A stretch of 64,000 nucleotides of DNA from NCBI GenBank assembly GCA_965213925.1, contig OZ243927.1, positions 1,952,001-2,016,000 of the forward strand, written 5' to 3'. Both the position numbers and the translations under genes were made by a program. Below, piece after piece: positions 48,458 through 58,200 of this stretch. The notes below the pieces were generated by a model that saw only the letters and a program-made list of their open reading frames with translations, searched no databases and was not told the DNA's origin. Every line of letters starts with the position of its first letter. Position 1 is the first letter of the stretch. The stretch comes from Trueperaceae bacterium (GTDB lineage: Bacteria > Deinococcota > Deinococci > Deinococcales > Trueperaceae).

Positions 48458-49620
48458 GCGAGTTCCGGCTCGGCGACGCGCTCGGTTTTGGGTTTGGTTT
48501 GCCGCGGAAGATAGACGCGCAAGCAGGTTCCGTTTTGCGTACCATGCTCGAGGCGTCCCCCCATTGCCCCGAGTCGCTCGCGCATTCCGCTCAGACCGGA
48601 GCCCTCGTGTTGATATCCAAATGCGTTACCGACGCCGTCGTCGCGAACCTCCAAGCAGACCTCTCGAGCTGTCCCTTCGTCTACCGCAAAGAGCCGCACG
48701 TCGCAGCGCGCAGCGCCCGAGTGCCGCACCACGTTGGTTACGGCCTCGAGCAGCGCGAAGGCGAGCACCGACTCCTCGGCGGCGCTGAGCGTGACAGAAG
48801 CGGTCTCCTCACAGAAGGTCATATCTGCCGCCTCCGCCATGAGCTTCGCGCTCGCGAACGCTGTAGCCAAGTCCTGCCTGTAGCCCCGCACAGCGCTGCG
48901 CACCTCGCTCAGCGCGTCCCTAGAAATGCGCTCCACGTCGCGGATTTCCGCCGCTGCCCTGTCCGCGTCGCGCCCGATGAGCTTCGCCGCCAACTCCGAC
49001 TTCAAGGTGATGACCGACAAGGTGTGACCCAAGAGGTCGTGCAAGTCCCGCGCGATGCGCTCGCGCTCTGCGACTTTGGCGAGCCGCTCGACCTCCGCTT
49101 GGGCGAGCCGCAGTTTGGCGTTTTGCTGCGCCTGAGCCGCGTAGAAGAGGTTGACCGCGCCGATGACCGGCACAAAAATGAGGGGCGGCAAGTAGACGTA
49201 GAGCAGGCTCTCGAGGTTCCAGCCCAGCACCGCAAACGAGAAGAGCGCGTGTAAGAGCGTCGCGACGAAAACACCCGCGACGACCATCACCCCGTGCTTC
49301 GTGCGGGCAAAGCCGCCCGCCGCCCCCGCTGCGTAGATGAAAAAGACGTTCGCGCCGGGGCTTAGCGGGACGGCGACGAAAGCGAGCGCCACGGTCGCCG
49401 CGACCACCGCGAGTAGACGCCGCCCCGCAGCCCAAAAGCTGAGAAAGTAGAGCGGCAAAAACGCGGCGACGAAGACGCCGACCCACACCCAATCGCGCGC
49501 CGCCGTATCCGACGTAAAAATGAGGACGAGCGGCAGATTGAGGAGGTAGATGAGCCAGACGTAGGCGACCCAACCCTCGCCCTCGGGGAGCAGTCGCCAA
49601 GATTTATGCATGTGTGCCAC
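48454..49620 (-). CDS. DesK/YvfT-like sensor histidine kinase (HisKA_3)
   Basis: Five to six TM segments; ERERIARDLHDLLGHTLS, EAVTNVVRHS, DDGVG and GSGLSGMRER. Confidence 0.95.
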   Translation of the reverse strand: MAHMHKSWRLLPEGEGWVAYVWLIYLLNLPLVLIFTSDTAARDWVWVGVFVAAFLPLYFLSFWAAGRRLLAVVAATVALAFVAVPLSPGANVFFIYAAGAAGGFARTKHGVMVVAGVFVATLLHALFSFAVLGWNLESLLYVYLPPLIFVPVIGAVNLFYAAQAQQNAKLRLAQAEVERLAKVAERERIARDLHDLLGHTLSVITLKSELAAKLIGRDADRAAAEIRDVERISRDALSEVRSAVRGYRQDLATAFASAKLMAEAADMTFCEETASVTLSAAEESVLAFALLEAVTNVVRHSGAARCDVRLFAVDEGTAREVCLEVRDDGVGNAFGYQHEGSGLSGMRERLGAMGGRLEHGTQNGTCLRVYLPRQTKPKTERVAEPELA

Positions 49621-49641
49621 AGCTCCCCCATTCTACTCGCT

Positions 49642-49718
49642 TATAGCAGGTATCAGCTGGTTTGCTACACTCCCACTCGAAAGAGCATTGACTAGCACGC
49701 ACGTTCGGGGATGATGCC
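49642..49718 (+). repeat. Dispersed MITE-like repeat, copy D (3'-truncated)
   Basis: tatagcaggtatcagctggtttgctacactcccactcgaaagagcattgactagcacgcacgttcggggatgatgcc. Confidence 0.75.
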
Positions 49719-49802
49719 CTTCGCGAGGCGAAAACTTGCGTAAGCGGAGAAGTGTTGCAACGTCGCGTGGAACTGCTACGAGTAAGACGCGCAGCCGCTA
49801 CG

Positions 49803-50606
49803 CTAGCCATACGTCTTTCCCTCGTCGCGCCGATACGCCCACGCCGCGACGAGCAAGAAGAAGGTCGTAAAGCCCAACAAGGCCGCGACGTGCGTCCACG
49901 CCTCACCGCGCGCGACGCCGAGCGTGCTGAGCGCTAATTCTGCGAGGTGATAGGGCGGCAAGTAGGGCGCGGCGCTTTGCAAAAAGGCGGGCAGTTGCGC
50001 GACCGGGACCCACAACCCCGAGGCGAAGACCATCGGCAAGTAGATGAGGTTGACCACGGCGGGCGCGGCGTTCGGTCCGACCAGGTAGCCGATAGCTAAA
50101 CCCATCGCGCAGAAGGGCAATACGCCGACTAAGAGCACGCCGAAGAGGGACAGCCAGGTCGAGAGCGGCAGCCGCACCTCGCCGACGAAAAAGCCGAGCG
50201 TAAAGAGGCCTAGCACGACGAGGCAGCCGAACAGGAGCGCCATGATGACCTTCGCGCTGAAAAACGCTGCTAAGGGCATCGGCGAGGCGCGTTTCAGGCG
50301 CATCCAGCCCTGCCCGCGCTCCGTCGCCACGCCCACCCCGAAGCCGAAGAGCGCCACGCCGATCACGCCGAACGCGCCGTAGGTCGCGAGCATGTAGGTG
50401 CTAACGTCTATAGGACCCGCCGACTGGTTTCCAAAAGTCAGCCCGAAGATAACGTAGAACATGAGCGGAAAGGCGAGGGTAGGCACGGCGTAGGCGGGCA
50501 TCCGCCAGAGCTTTAAGAACTCGTACTTGGCTTCCAGGACGTAGACCCGCCGCAGGTCGCGCTTCGTTGCCGTTTTCTCGAGTGAGGTTGCGGGGCGCGT
50601 CGTCAC
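49803..50606 (-). CDS. ABC-2 type exporter permease (YvfS-like)
   Basis: Six TM segments; ERGQGW...SP and SGLWVP motifs. Confidence 0.9.
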   Translation of the reverse strand: MTTRPATSLEKTATKRDLRRVYVLEAKYEFLKLWRMPAYAVPTLAFPLMFYVIFGLTFGNQSAGPIDVSTYMLATYGAFGVIGVALFGFGVGVATERGQGWMRLKRASPMPLAAFFSAKVIMALLFGCLVVLGLFTLGFFVGEVRLPLSTWLSLFGVLLVGVLPFCAMGLAIGYLVGPNAAPAVVNLIYLPMVFASGLWVPVAQLPAFLQSAAPYLPPYHLAELALSTLGVARGEAWTHVAALLGFTTFFLLVAAWAYRRDEGKTYG

Positions 50607-51577
50607 GCGGCTGCCCTCGCTGCCTGTTCGTTTCCAGTTTCTCGCCTCTCGGTGAGGGCGAAAAAGGCTTCTTCTAAACCTGCGCCCGTCACCTCTAAAC
50701 CTCGCAAGTCCGGGTCGCGCTGCAACAGCGCCCGGACGACGGGCTCCGCCTCCGTCACGAGCAGCGTCAACGCTGCGCCGTCCCGCGCCGCCGAGACGAC
50801 GCCAGGCAGCGCAGACACGTCTTGCTTACAGAGCCGCGTCACGCAGCGAATACGCCGCCCCGCCGCTCTGGACTTAATTTCGGCGGGCGACCCCTCAGCG
50901 ATGATTTCGCCGTCACGCATCACGGTGATGCGGTCCGCCAGCGCGTCCGCCTCCTCCAAATAGTGCGTGGTCAGCACGACCGTCTTGCCGCGCCCGGTAA
51001 ACCTACGTATCTGCTGCCAAAAGGCGCGCCTCGAGCCCGCGTCTAAGCCCACCGTCGGCTCGTCCAAAAAGAGCAGGTCGGGGTCGCCGCAGAGCGCTAA
51101 AGCAAAATGTAAACGCTGCTTTTGACCGCCGGAGAGCCTTCCGTAAGCGCGGTTTTCCAAGCCTTCCAGTCCCGCGATGTGCAGGGTCTCTCGTAGAGCC
51201 AAAGGTCGCGGATAGTAGCTGCTGAACAGCTCGAGGTGTTCGCGCACCTTCAAGGTCTCCGGCACGCCCGAAATCTGCAACATCGCGCCCGTACGCATCC
51301 GGCTCTCTGCGCTCCGCGGGTCGCCGCCAAAAAGTCTCGCCGCCCCCCTGGTCGGCTGCAAAAGTCCGAGCATGAGGTTGACGGTGGTGGTCTTGCCCGC
51401 GCCGTTGGGTCCTAGTATCGCGACGACCTCGCCGGGGCGGACCTCTAAACTGACCTCCCTAAGCGCCCATACCTCGCCGTAGCGTTTGCTCACTCGCTCC
51501 AGTGAGGCGACCTCGCATTTGGTTTTAGATGCTGTCAAGGTCGTTTCAGCCGCTTCGTAGGTTTGCGCCGTATCCAT
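50603..51577 (-). CDS. ABC exporter ATP-binding protein (YvfR-like)
   Basis: GPNGAGKT, LSGGQ, LFLDEP and TTHYLEEA. Confidence 0.95.
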   Translation of the reverse strand: MDTAQTYEAAETTLTASKTKCEVASLERVSKRYGEVWALREVSLEVRPGEVVAILGPNGAGKTTTVNLMLGLLQPTRGAARLFGGDPRSAESRMRTGAMLQISGVPETLKVREHLELFSSYYPRPLALRETLHIAGLEGLENRAYGRLSGGQKQRLHFALALCGDPDLLFLDEPTVGLDAGSRRAFWQQIRRFTGRGKTVVLTTHYLEEADALADRITVMRDGEIIAEGSPAEIKSRAAGRRIRCVTRLCKQDVSALPGVVSAARDGAALTLLVTEAEPVVRALLQRDPDLRGLEVTGAGLEEAFFALTERRETGNEQAARAAA

Positions 51578-51625
51578 AGAGACCTCCTGAACGTCACTAT
51601 GAAGGTGCTCGCCGAGCGGCGCTAG

Positions 51626-51660
51626 TCGAACCTGTCAGGAACCGCTGGTGACAGATGTCA
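51626..51660 (-). promoter_or_regulatory. Candidate response-regulator operator (TGACA-N2-TGTCA plus a degenerate second copy)
   Basis: Minus strand TGACATCTGTCA-N11-TGACAGGTTCGA, 49-83 nt upstream of the ABC/TCS operon start. Confidence 0.55.
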
Positions 51661-51671
51661 TGTGGACGGGG

Positions 51672-52097
51672 CTAAGCGCCCCACCAGACGCTGAGATCGG
51701 GCACTCCGGTAAAGACTTCGTCACTCGAGACCAGCGCGAGTTGCTCGCTCACCGCTTGCGCAGCTAAGGCGCGGTCAAAGGGGTCTTTGTGTAAATACTC
51801 TAACCCCCCTTCTGCAAGCGCATGAACGCTCGTAAAAGGGAGTTCGCTAAAGCCGTATTGAGCCAGGCGGAGATGAAAGTTTTCGTAGAGCGTCTTCGCT
51901 TGAGGTAGCTTGCCAAGGCGAACCTTAATCGAGATTTCCCACGCGCTGATAGAAGAGACAAAGATGCGCTGCTCGGTATCGCGCAGGCGCTCTAGTACGC
52001 TCTCTGGCAACCTTTCTGGGTTGACGCTGTACCAGATGAGCGCGTGCGTGTCGAGTAAGAGCGTCTTTTCTTTGGGCGACGTTTCACCTCTACTCAC
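51672..52097 (-). CDS. vapC: VapC/PIN domain toxin
   Basis: LLLDTHALIW, SISAWEI and HKDPFDRALAAQA; start overlaps the antitoxin stop. Confidence 0.9.
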   Translation of the reverse strand: MSRGETSPKEKTLLLDTHALIWYSVNPERLPESVLERLRDTEQRIFVSSISAWEISIKVRLGKLPQAKTLYENFHLRLAQYGFSELPFTSVHALAEGGLEYLHKDPFDRALAAQAVSEQLALVSSDEVFTGVPDLSVWWGA

Positions 52098-52393
52098 TCG
52101 TTACTGCGTATCTTAGGATTATGCCACAGCGCCAACTCCTCTTCGCTCAGGGGAGCCATTGAACGCTCTACAAAGTCCTCGCCGACCTCTTGGCGGTCTA
52201 GTCCGAAGGGGCGCAGCGCTTTGGGCTTTGCAACGGGCTCGAGCCTCACCAGCGGCGTCCCGTTTCGAGCAATCACGACCTCTTCACCCCGCAAAGCTTT
52301 TTCAACCAACTTCGAAAAGTTCGTCTTCGCCTCGTGCATGTTGACCTGGGTTTTATTTTTCTCCTCATCTTTAGACTTCGCCAGTTTGGACAT
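52094..52393 (-). CDS. Phd/YefM family antitoxin
   Basis: VNMHEAKTNFSKLV...GEEVVIARNGTPLVRL; AAGGA RBS before ATG 52393. Confidence 0.88.
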   Translation of the reverse strand: MSKLAKSKDEEKNKTQVNMHEAKTNFSKLVEKALRGEEVVIARNGTPLVRLEPVAKPKALRPFGLDRQEVGEDFVERSMAPLSEEELALWHNPKIRSNE

Positions 52394-52507
52394 CGCAACT
52401 TCCTTAGCCCAGTTTAGCATAGTCGGACTAAGAAGCGACACGAGATCGGCAGGCTCATGTGTAGACCAACGAACGAGCACGGGAGCTTCGGCGCTCCTAC
52501 GAAGCGC

Positions 52508-53101
52508 TCAATCTGGCTCGGTGATTTCAACGACGCGACCCTCTTTGGAATGCGTCCAGCCAGGTTTGCCCCACCCCTGCGCGTTGCGCAACCGAATCCC
52601 GCTCGCGTGCAAAGAGGTGCGCCAGACCTCTTTCAGCGGGACGAGACTGTCAACCACGCGAAGTTCAACGTCGTGAGCTTCTAACTCGTCCACTAAATTG
52701 CTCAGCACGTCCATCCGCAAGGGTTCCATGACCTCTTTAGAGACCCACATGCCCGCGTCGTAAAGGTTCTCGAAGGGTTTGGTGGGTAATTCATAGCGGT
52801 AGATTGTGGTGGTTTGAAGGGGCTCGAGCCACGCCTCTTCGACATAGGCAAGTTTTCCGTAAGAACTTCCGCGCCACCAACGTTCGATGTCCTTAGAGGT
52901 TGACTCCGGCGTCGCCCAAAGCAAGATGCGGGGGCAGTCGCGGGGGAAGAGGTACATGGCTTGATGAAATTCGCCGATTGCCCAAACAAGAGGTCCGTTG
53001 AGCCAGTCGAAACCTGCGGGACGCTCTACCAGAACGCGAACGGGACGCGGGACGAAGGTCTGGATGCTGGGGTCTTCGCTGAAGTGGTAGAGGCGCGTCA
53101 T
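52508..53101 (-). CDS. Conserved hypothetical protein (DUF6886-like)
   Basis: LYHFSEDPSI...FVPR, LVWAI, YLFPRDCPRI and SGIRLRNA. Confidence 0.7.
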   Translation of the reverse strand: MTRLYHFSEDPSIQTFVPRPVRVLVERPAGFDWLNGPLVWAIGEFHQAMYLFPRDCPRILLWATPESTSKDIERWWRGSSYGKLAYVEEAWLEPLQTTTIYRYELPTKPFENLYDAGMWVSKEVMEPLRMDVLSNLVDELEAHDVELRVVDSLVPLKEVWRTSLHASGIRLRNAQGWGKPGWTHSKEGRVVEITEPD

Positions 53102-53184
53102 TCTGAAGAAGTGAGGATGAGGAAGCAAGAAGTGAGAATAGAGAAGCCTATATCCTTCTTGCTTCTTGCTCCTTACTTCTACCT

Positions 53185-53889
53185 TCACCCCTTCGCTGGA
53201 CGCACCGAGAGGTCCGTTACCTCAGCCGTCGGTGGAAGAGAAAGAACACTTGCTACTTGCTGCGCCACATCCTCTGGCTGCACGAACTTTTCGGGGTCAT
53301 AGTCCTTCCCTTCCATCTCGTGAACGTAGCGTTGCATCGGGCTCGCCACGCGCCCAGGGTAAATGCTCACCACGCGCACCCCGTCCGGCTTGACCTCCGC
53401 GCGGAGTGAGTCGGCGAGGGCTTTTAAGCCGTGCTTAGAAACCGCGTAGCTGCTCCAGTTGGCTTTCGCGTTGAGACCCGCGCCCGAGTTGATGAAGACG
53501 ATTTGCCCTTTGGCTTGTTTGAGCGAGGGGAGAAGTTTTTGTGTCAAGAGGTAGGGCGCGCGCAGGTTGACGCGGTACTGTTTGTCCAAATCTTCAGCGG
53601 AGGTCTCCGCAACCGGAGCAAGCGACACTGCGCCTGCGCTGTGGACGAGAACGTCGATCCCGCCGAGTTCGCTGAGCGCCGCCGCGACCTCTTCCAACTG
53701 GTCATCCTCGGCTAAGTCGACCTGGTGGATGACCGCCTCGCCGCCTGCGTCTTCAACCGCTTGGGCGACCTCTTGTAGGCGGTCTTCGCTCCGCCCCAAA
53801 AGGTGCAAAGAGGTTTCAGAATGAGCGAGTGAGTGCGCAACGGCTTTGCCGATGCCGCTACTCGCGCCTGTGATAACGACCTGCTTCAC
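53185..53889 (-). CDS. SDR family oxidoreductase
   Basis: TGASSGIG, HSAG and YAVSK motifs. Confidence 0.93.
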   Translation of the reverse strand: MKQVVITGASSGIGKAVAHSLAHSETSLHLLGRSEDRLQEVAQAVEDAGGEAVIHQVDLAEDDQLEEVAAALSELGGIDVLVHSAGAVSLAPVAETSAEDLDKQYRVNLRAPYLLTQKLLPSLKQAKGQIVFINSGAGLNAKANWSSYAVSKHGLKALADSLRAEVKPDGVRVVSIYPGRVASPMQRYVHEMEGKDYDPEKFVQPEDVAQQVASVLSLPPTAEVTDLSVRPAKG

Positions 53890-54713
53890 GCCTCACCGCG
53901 AAGGTGCCGAATCGCGCCTTCTAAGTCGCCGCTGCCTGCGACGCTGCTGCCGACTAGAACGGCGTCAGCCACGCCGCGCAAGTCACGAAGTTGCTCCGGC
54001 GTGCTGTAGCCTGACTCGGCGACGAGCAGACCGTCAAAGCTCTCGCCTCTAGCTTTTTGAATCAATTTAGGTGCGTTGTTTAGGTCGATCTCGAGCGTCC
54101 GCAAATCCCGATTATTCACCCCGATGATCTTGGCGTCGGCGGAGAGCGCAAGGTCTAATTCTGCCTCGTCGTGGACTTCGACAAGCGCGTCTAACTCTAA
54201 GCGCTCCGCTAGGTCTAAGTACGCTTTTAAGTGCTCTCCCAAGACAGCGACGATGAGGAGTACGGCGCTTGCACCGGCTCGTTTTGCTTCTAAAAGCTGT
54301 GCGGGATGCACGGTGAAGTCTTTACGCAGAAGAGGGGGCGGGGCGACGCTAGCGACCTCTTCTAGATGCTCTAGCGAGCCCCCGAAGTGACGCGGCTCGG
54401 TGAGGATGCTTAAAGCCGCCGCGCCGCCGCGCCAGTACGCGCAGGCTGCTTGGGCGGGGTTCAAGTCGGCAATCGTCCCGAGAGAAGGGGAAGCGCGTTT
54501 AACCTCCGCGATAATGCTAACCTCTTCGCCCTGTAACGCTCTATAAAAGCTCGGTCTCTGCGGAAGGTTCAAGTCGAGAGGTTCAATCTGGGCGTTGTTA
54601 TAGTCCAGCAGGCGCTCCAAGGAAATCTGCCCTAAGACGCCGGGCACGGTGGTGACTCGCTCGAGCGTCAGGGGTAAAACATCACCGAGATCAGTACGTG
54701 TGGAAGCCTTCAA
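53886..54713 (-). CDS. trpC: Indole-3-glycerol phosphate synthase
   Basis: IIAEVKRASPS, LSILTE, LLRKDF, IIGVNNRDL and VAESG; start (TTG 54713) uncertain. Confidence 0.93.
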   Translation of the reverse strand: MKASTRTDLGDVLPLTLERVTTVPGVLGQISLERLLDYNNAQIEPLDLNLPQRPSFYRALQGEEVSIIAEVKRASPSLGTIADLNPAQAACAYWRGGAAALSILTEPRHFGGSLEHLEEVASVAPPPLLRKDFTVHPAQLLEAKRAGASAVLLIVAVLGEHLKAYLDLAERLELDALVEVHDEAELDLALSADAKIIGVNNRDLRTLEIDLNNAPKLIQKARGESFDGLLVAESGYSTPEQLRDLRGVADAVLVGSSVAGSGDLEGAIRHLRGEA

Positions 54714-54984
54714 GGTTGCCCCCCTCTCCCCAGGACACATCGACGTCTTCGACTTCGGCGTGAGCGGGTCCGCGCTTAAGTTGGTGCAAAAGTGCTTCTA
54801 GGTCGTTACGCTCGCCCTCCGCGACGATCTCGACGCGCCCGTCGTCTAAGTTTTCGGCGTAGCCGCTCAGGTCCATGTCGAGCGCGTGGCGGCGGGTAAA
54901 GGCGCGAAAGCCCACCCCCTGCACGTCGCCCGCAATCAGCACGGTCATGCGCGTATGTCCAGTATGTTCATCTTTACTTGTCAT
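54691..54984 (-). CDS. acyP: Acylphosphatase
   Basis: GDVQGVGFR, GYAENLDDGRVE and GPAHAEV. Confidence 0.95.
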   Translation of the reverse strand: MTSKDEHTGHTRMTVLIAGDVQGVGFRAFTRRHALDMDLSGYAENLDDGRVEIVAEGERNDLEALLHQLKRGPAHAEVEDVDVSWGEGGNLEGFHTY

Positions 54985-55240
54985 CTCGCCTCCAGCGCGT
55001 CCGCGAAGGAGCGCCCTTATCTATCCGGCTTCGTTAATGAAAGGAATTGACACTTTACTTTAGGTAACTTGGTTGCTACCCCTTTACAGTCTAAAACATC
55101 CGCGGCGCTTGAGGGCGAAAGAGAGGATGCGGAACGAGATTTTCCGTGCTCCTCCCTTTTTCGAGCTTCATCAAACCTTGAGAAAAAATGCACTGCGCAC
55201 GGCGGGGTGTGCGCTCCTGGTTCACAGTAGTGTTATCCTA

Positions 55241-58200
55241 ATGAGCAATTCACGCTTGTACGTGAAGCTATCTCTTATGTCCCAACCGAGTCGCGAACGT
55301 TCCAACGGAGTTTTGAGTGCCCTAAGAGGCGCGCGCGTTAAAAAGCGCGTGCTCGTTCCTGTGGCGCTATGTGCGCTCGTGCTGGCGCTCTACTTCGTCC
55401 CGCAACTACCCCCGGTAAGAGGGTGGGTGCTCTCGAGGGTGCAAAACGTCGTCTCTAATCTAGGCTATGACCTCTCGTACGCGCGGAGCGCGGGCAACTT
55501 GTGGCACGGCGCGACGTTGCGCGGCGCGGAGGTCACGGGACCAGGGGTGGATACGCGCTTAGAGCGGCTCTCGCTGGACTACAACCTGCTCGGGCTCTTC
55601 GCCGGGCGCTTCCCCTTTTCGGTCTCGGCGGCGGACGTGTCGGGCGACATCAACCCGCAAGAGGTCGAAGTGCCCCGTGGTGGTGGCGGCGTGCCGATTC
55701 GCCCGGTGCTGCGCGACGTGGACGTAAGCGGCGTCAATCTTAATATCAACGACGTGCCCTACACGCTTCCTGATCTGAGCGTCGCCGACCTCAACGTGAA
55801 CGATACCGAAAACGGCTTGAACGCCGCCGCGACGCTCGCGACGCCGCAAGGCGAGGCGCAAGTGGACGCGGACGTGGCGTTTTCGCCTCTACAAGTTGAC
55901 GCCCGCTTGCCCCGTGTCGATCTGGCGATGGCGAAACACTACTTTGGAGGCGTCGAGGGCGGGCAAGCGTCGGGCACCGTGACCTACGCGGACGGCGCAA
56001 CGCGGGCGGACTTAGACGTGACCGAGGGCGCGGTCACGGTCGTCGGCACGACGATTACGGGGCTGTCCGGACCTGTGAACTATGAAGGACAGGAGATAAC
56101 CGCCGACCTCACCGGACGCGCCCTCGGCGGCGACGTGCAGGGCGACGCGGTAGTCGATATCTCTGCGCAGCAGTGGCGAGCCGATGTAACGGGTAACGCG
56201 CAACTCAGCGAGGCGGCGGCGTGGTTGGCGCAAGGCAACCTGCCCGAAGACGTCGTCACGGGCGACGCCGACGTGTCGCTCTCGCTCGCGGGCTGGCAGC
56301 AGATCGACCTCACAGGTCAGGCACAGGGGCGGGGTGAGGTGTTCGGCAAACCTCTGAATGACCTCAATGTTGACTTTGGCTTCGAGACGGAAACGGGCAC
56401 GAATGTCCAGGCGAACGGCACGCTTATGGGCGGACCTTTTACGGCGAACTTGACCCCTTTGGAGGGGGGCGGTTTCGGTATTCAGGCGCAAGCTGACGGG
56501 GTAGGCGTGACCGAGCAGTTCAGGGCGAACGTGCGGGCGGACCTGCGGCAGTCGGAGGGGCTGACGGGGGACGCGCTCCTGGAGCTGTCCGGCACCGCCG
56601 CAGGTCGCGAACTGTCCCTCAACGCGGACGCGGTAGCCTTGGAGGGCGGCGGCTGGAACATAGACCTCTCGGGCGGTGACGACTTAGGCGCGACGCTGAG
56701 CGGAGAGGTCGCGCTGCGCGGTGAAGAGGTCACGGGCGACCTGAGGGCGCAAAGGGTGAGCTTAGAAGGCACCCCTGTCCAAGCTGAACCCCTCAACGCG
56801 GTGCTGAGCGCGGACGGCACGCTGAGCGAGCTTCCCGTGACGCTCCGCTTAGGAACGCAGAACGCCCTCACGCCGAGCGTAGCGGGGGTTGAACTGGCGA
56901 GCGACCTCTCGGGGGAGGCGCGCGCCGTTTTAGACGGTACGAACCTGCGCGACCTCTCCGCGCGGTTCGGACCGCTCGTCGCAGAGGGCGCGTTCGACTT
57001 GGCGCAGCAGACGGGGCGGCTCGAGTACGCCCTCGATGACCTCAGTTTAGACGGGCGGGTGCAGGGCAGTCTCAGTTTGCAAGGGGGGGTGCTCGAGCGA
57101 AACGAAGACGCGCTCACGAGTCAAGTCACCGTCGACGCCACAGACCTCGTCGCGTTCGGCGTTTCACCTTTTGACCTGAATGCTGATGTGTCCCTAGAAG
57201 GCGCGTCCCTGGAAAACGCGCAAGACCTCACGGGCACCGTAGACGGCGTGCTCGCCTTTACCGAGGACGCAACGCTAGACCTCTCGGGCACCTTCCGCGA
57301 CCTCTCGGTGACGGGCACGCTGCCTGCCGACCTCCTGGTCGCCTCGGACGCGGTTACCTTAAATGGTGACGTGCGGCTGGACGCGCAGGCGAACCTCTTG
57401 GAGCCGAGTTATGGCTTAGAAACCGTGTGGGGAACAGCCGAGCAGTCTTTTGAACTCAAGGCTCAGGGCCGGGGAGGGCAAGCTGAAGGAACATTCAGCG
57501 CCGAGGGATTAGACGGAACGTTCTCGACGCAGGGAGGTCCGCAAGCTCGGCTCGAGGCGGACGGTTTCACCCTCTCACCTTTCCTGGCGCAGCCCAACGT
57601 CAACGCCACTTTAGACGGCTCGCTCAGCTATACGGGCGGCTGGGACGGCGCGCTCACCGCGCAAGTGGACGCGCCCTTAGACGCCACGGCGCGGCTTGTC
57701 GGCGCAGGCGACGCGCTGAGGCTGGAGGCGCAAACCGCTCAAGGTGCTTTAGATGCCTCCGTGAACGCTTCCGTGTCGGGGCAGGTTTTGCCCGCGCTCG
57801 AGCTGGATGTGAATGCGAGCGCAGCACAGAGGGCACAGCTTAGAGGCACGCTGAATAGAACTTCGTTTGACGGCACCTTGCAGACGCAAGCGGTAGAGAC
57901 GCCGCAGGCGAGCGTGGACGCGCAGAGTGCGCAGGTGCAGGCGTCGCTGTCGGACGGATTATCCGCGCAGCTTAGCGGCGAGAATATCGACCTCAACCTG
58001 AATGGTGGAACGTGGACGGGGAACGTCGATCTGCCGTTCACCTTGCGCGGCGAAGCCCACACCCTCCAAGCTTCGGTCTCGGGGCAGACGGCGACGCCGC
58101 AAGTTGACGGAAACGTGCAGGGTCCGCTCGTGCAGGGTCCGGTCAGCGCGAGTCGGCAGGGCGGGCAAGCCTCCCTGAACGTGGACGCCGCGCCCTTTCT

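Noticed and set aside
55047..55075. TTGACA sigma70 promoter
   Set aside because: No -10 hexamer at 16-18 nt spacing
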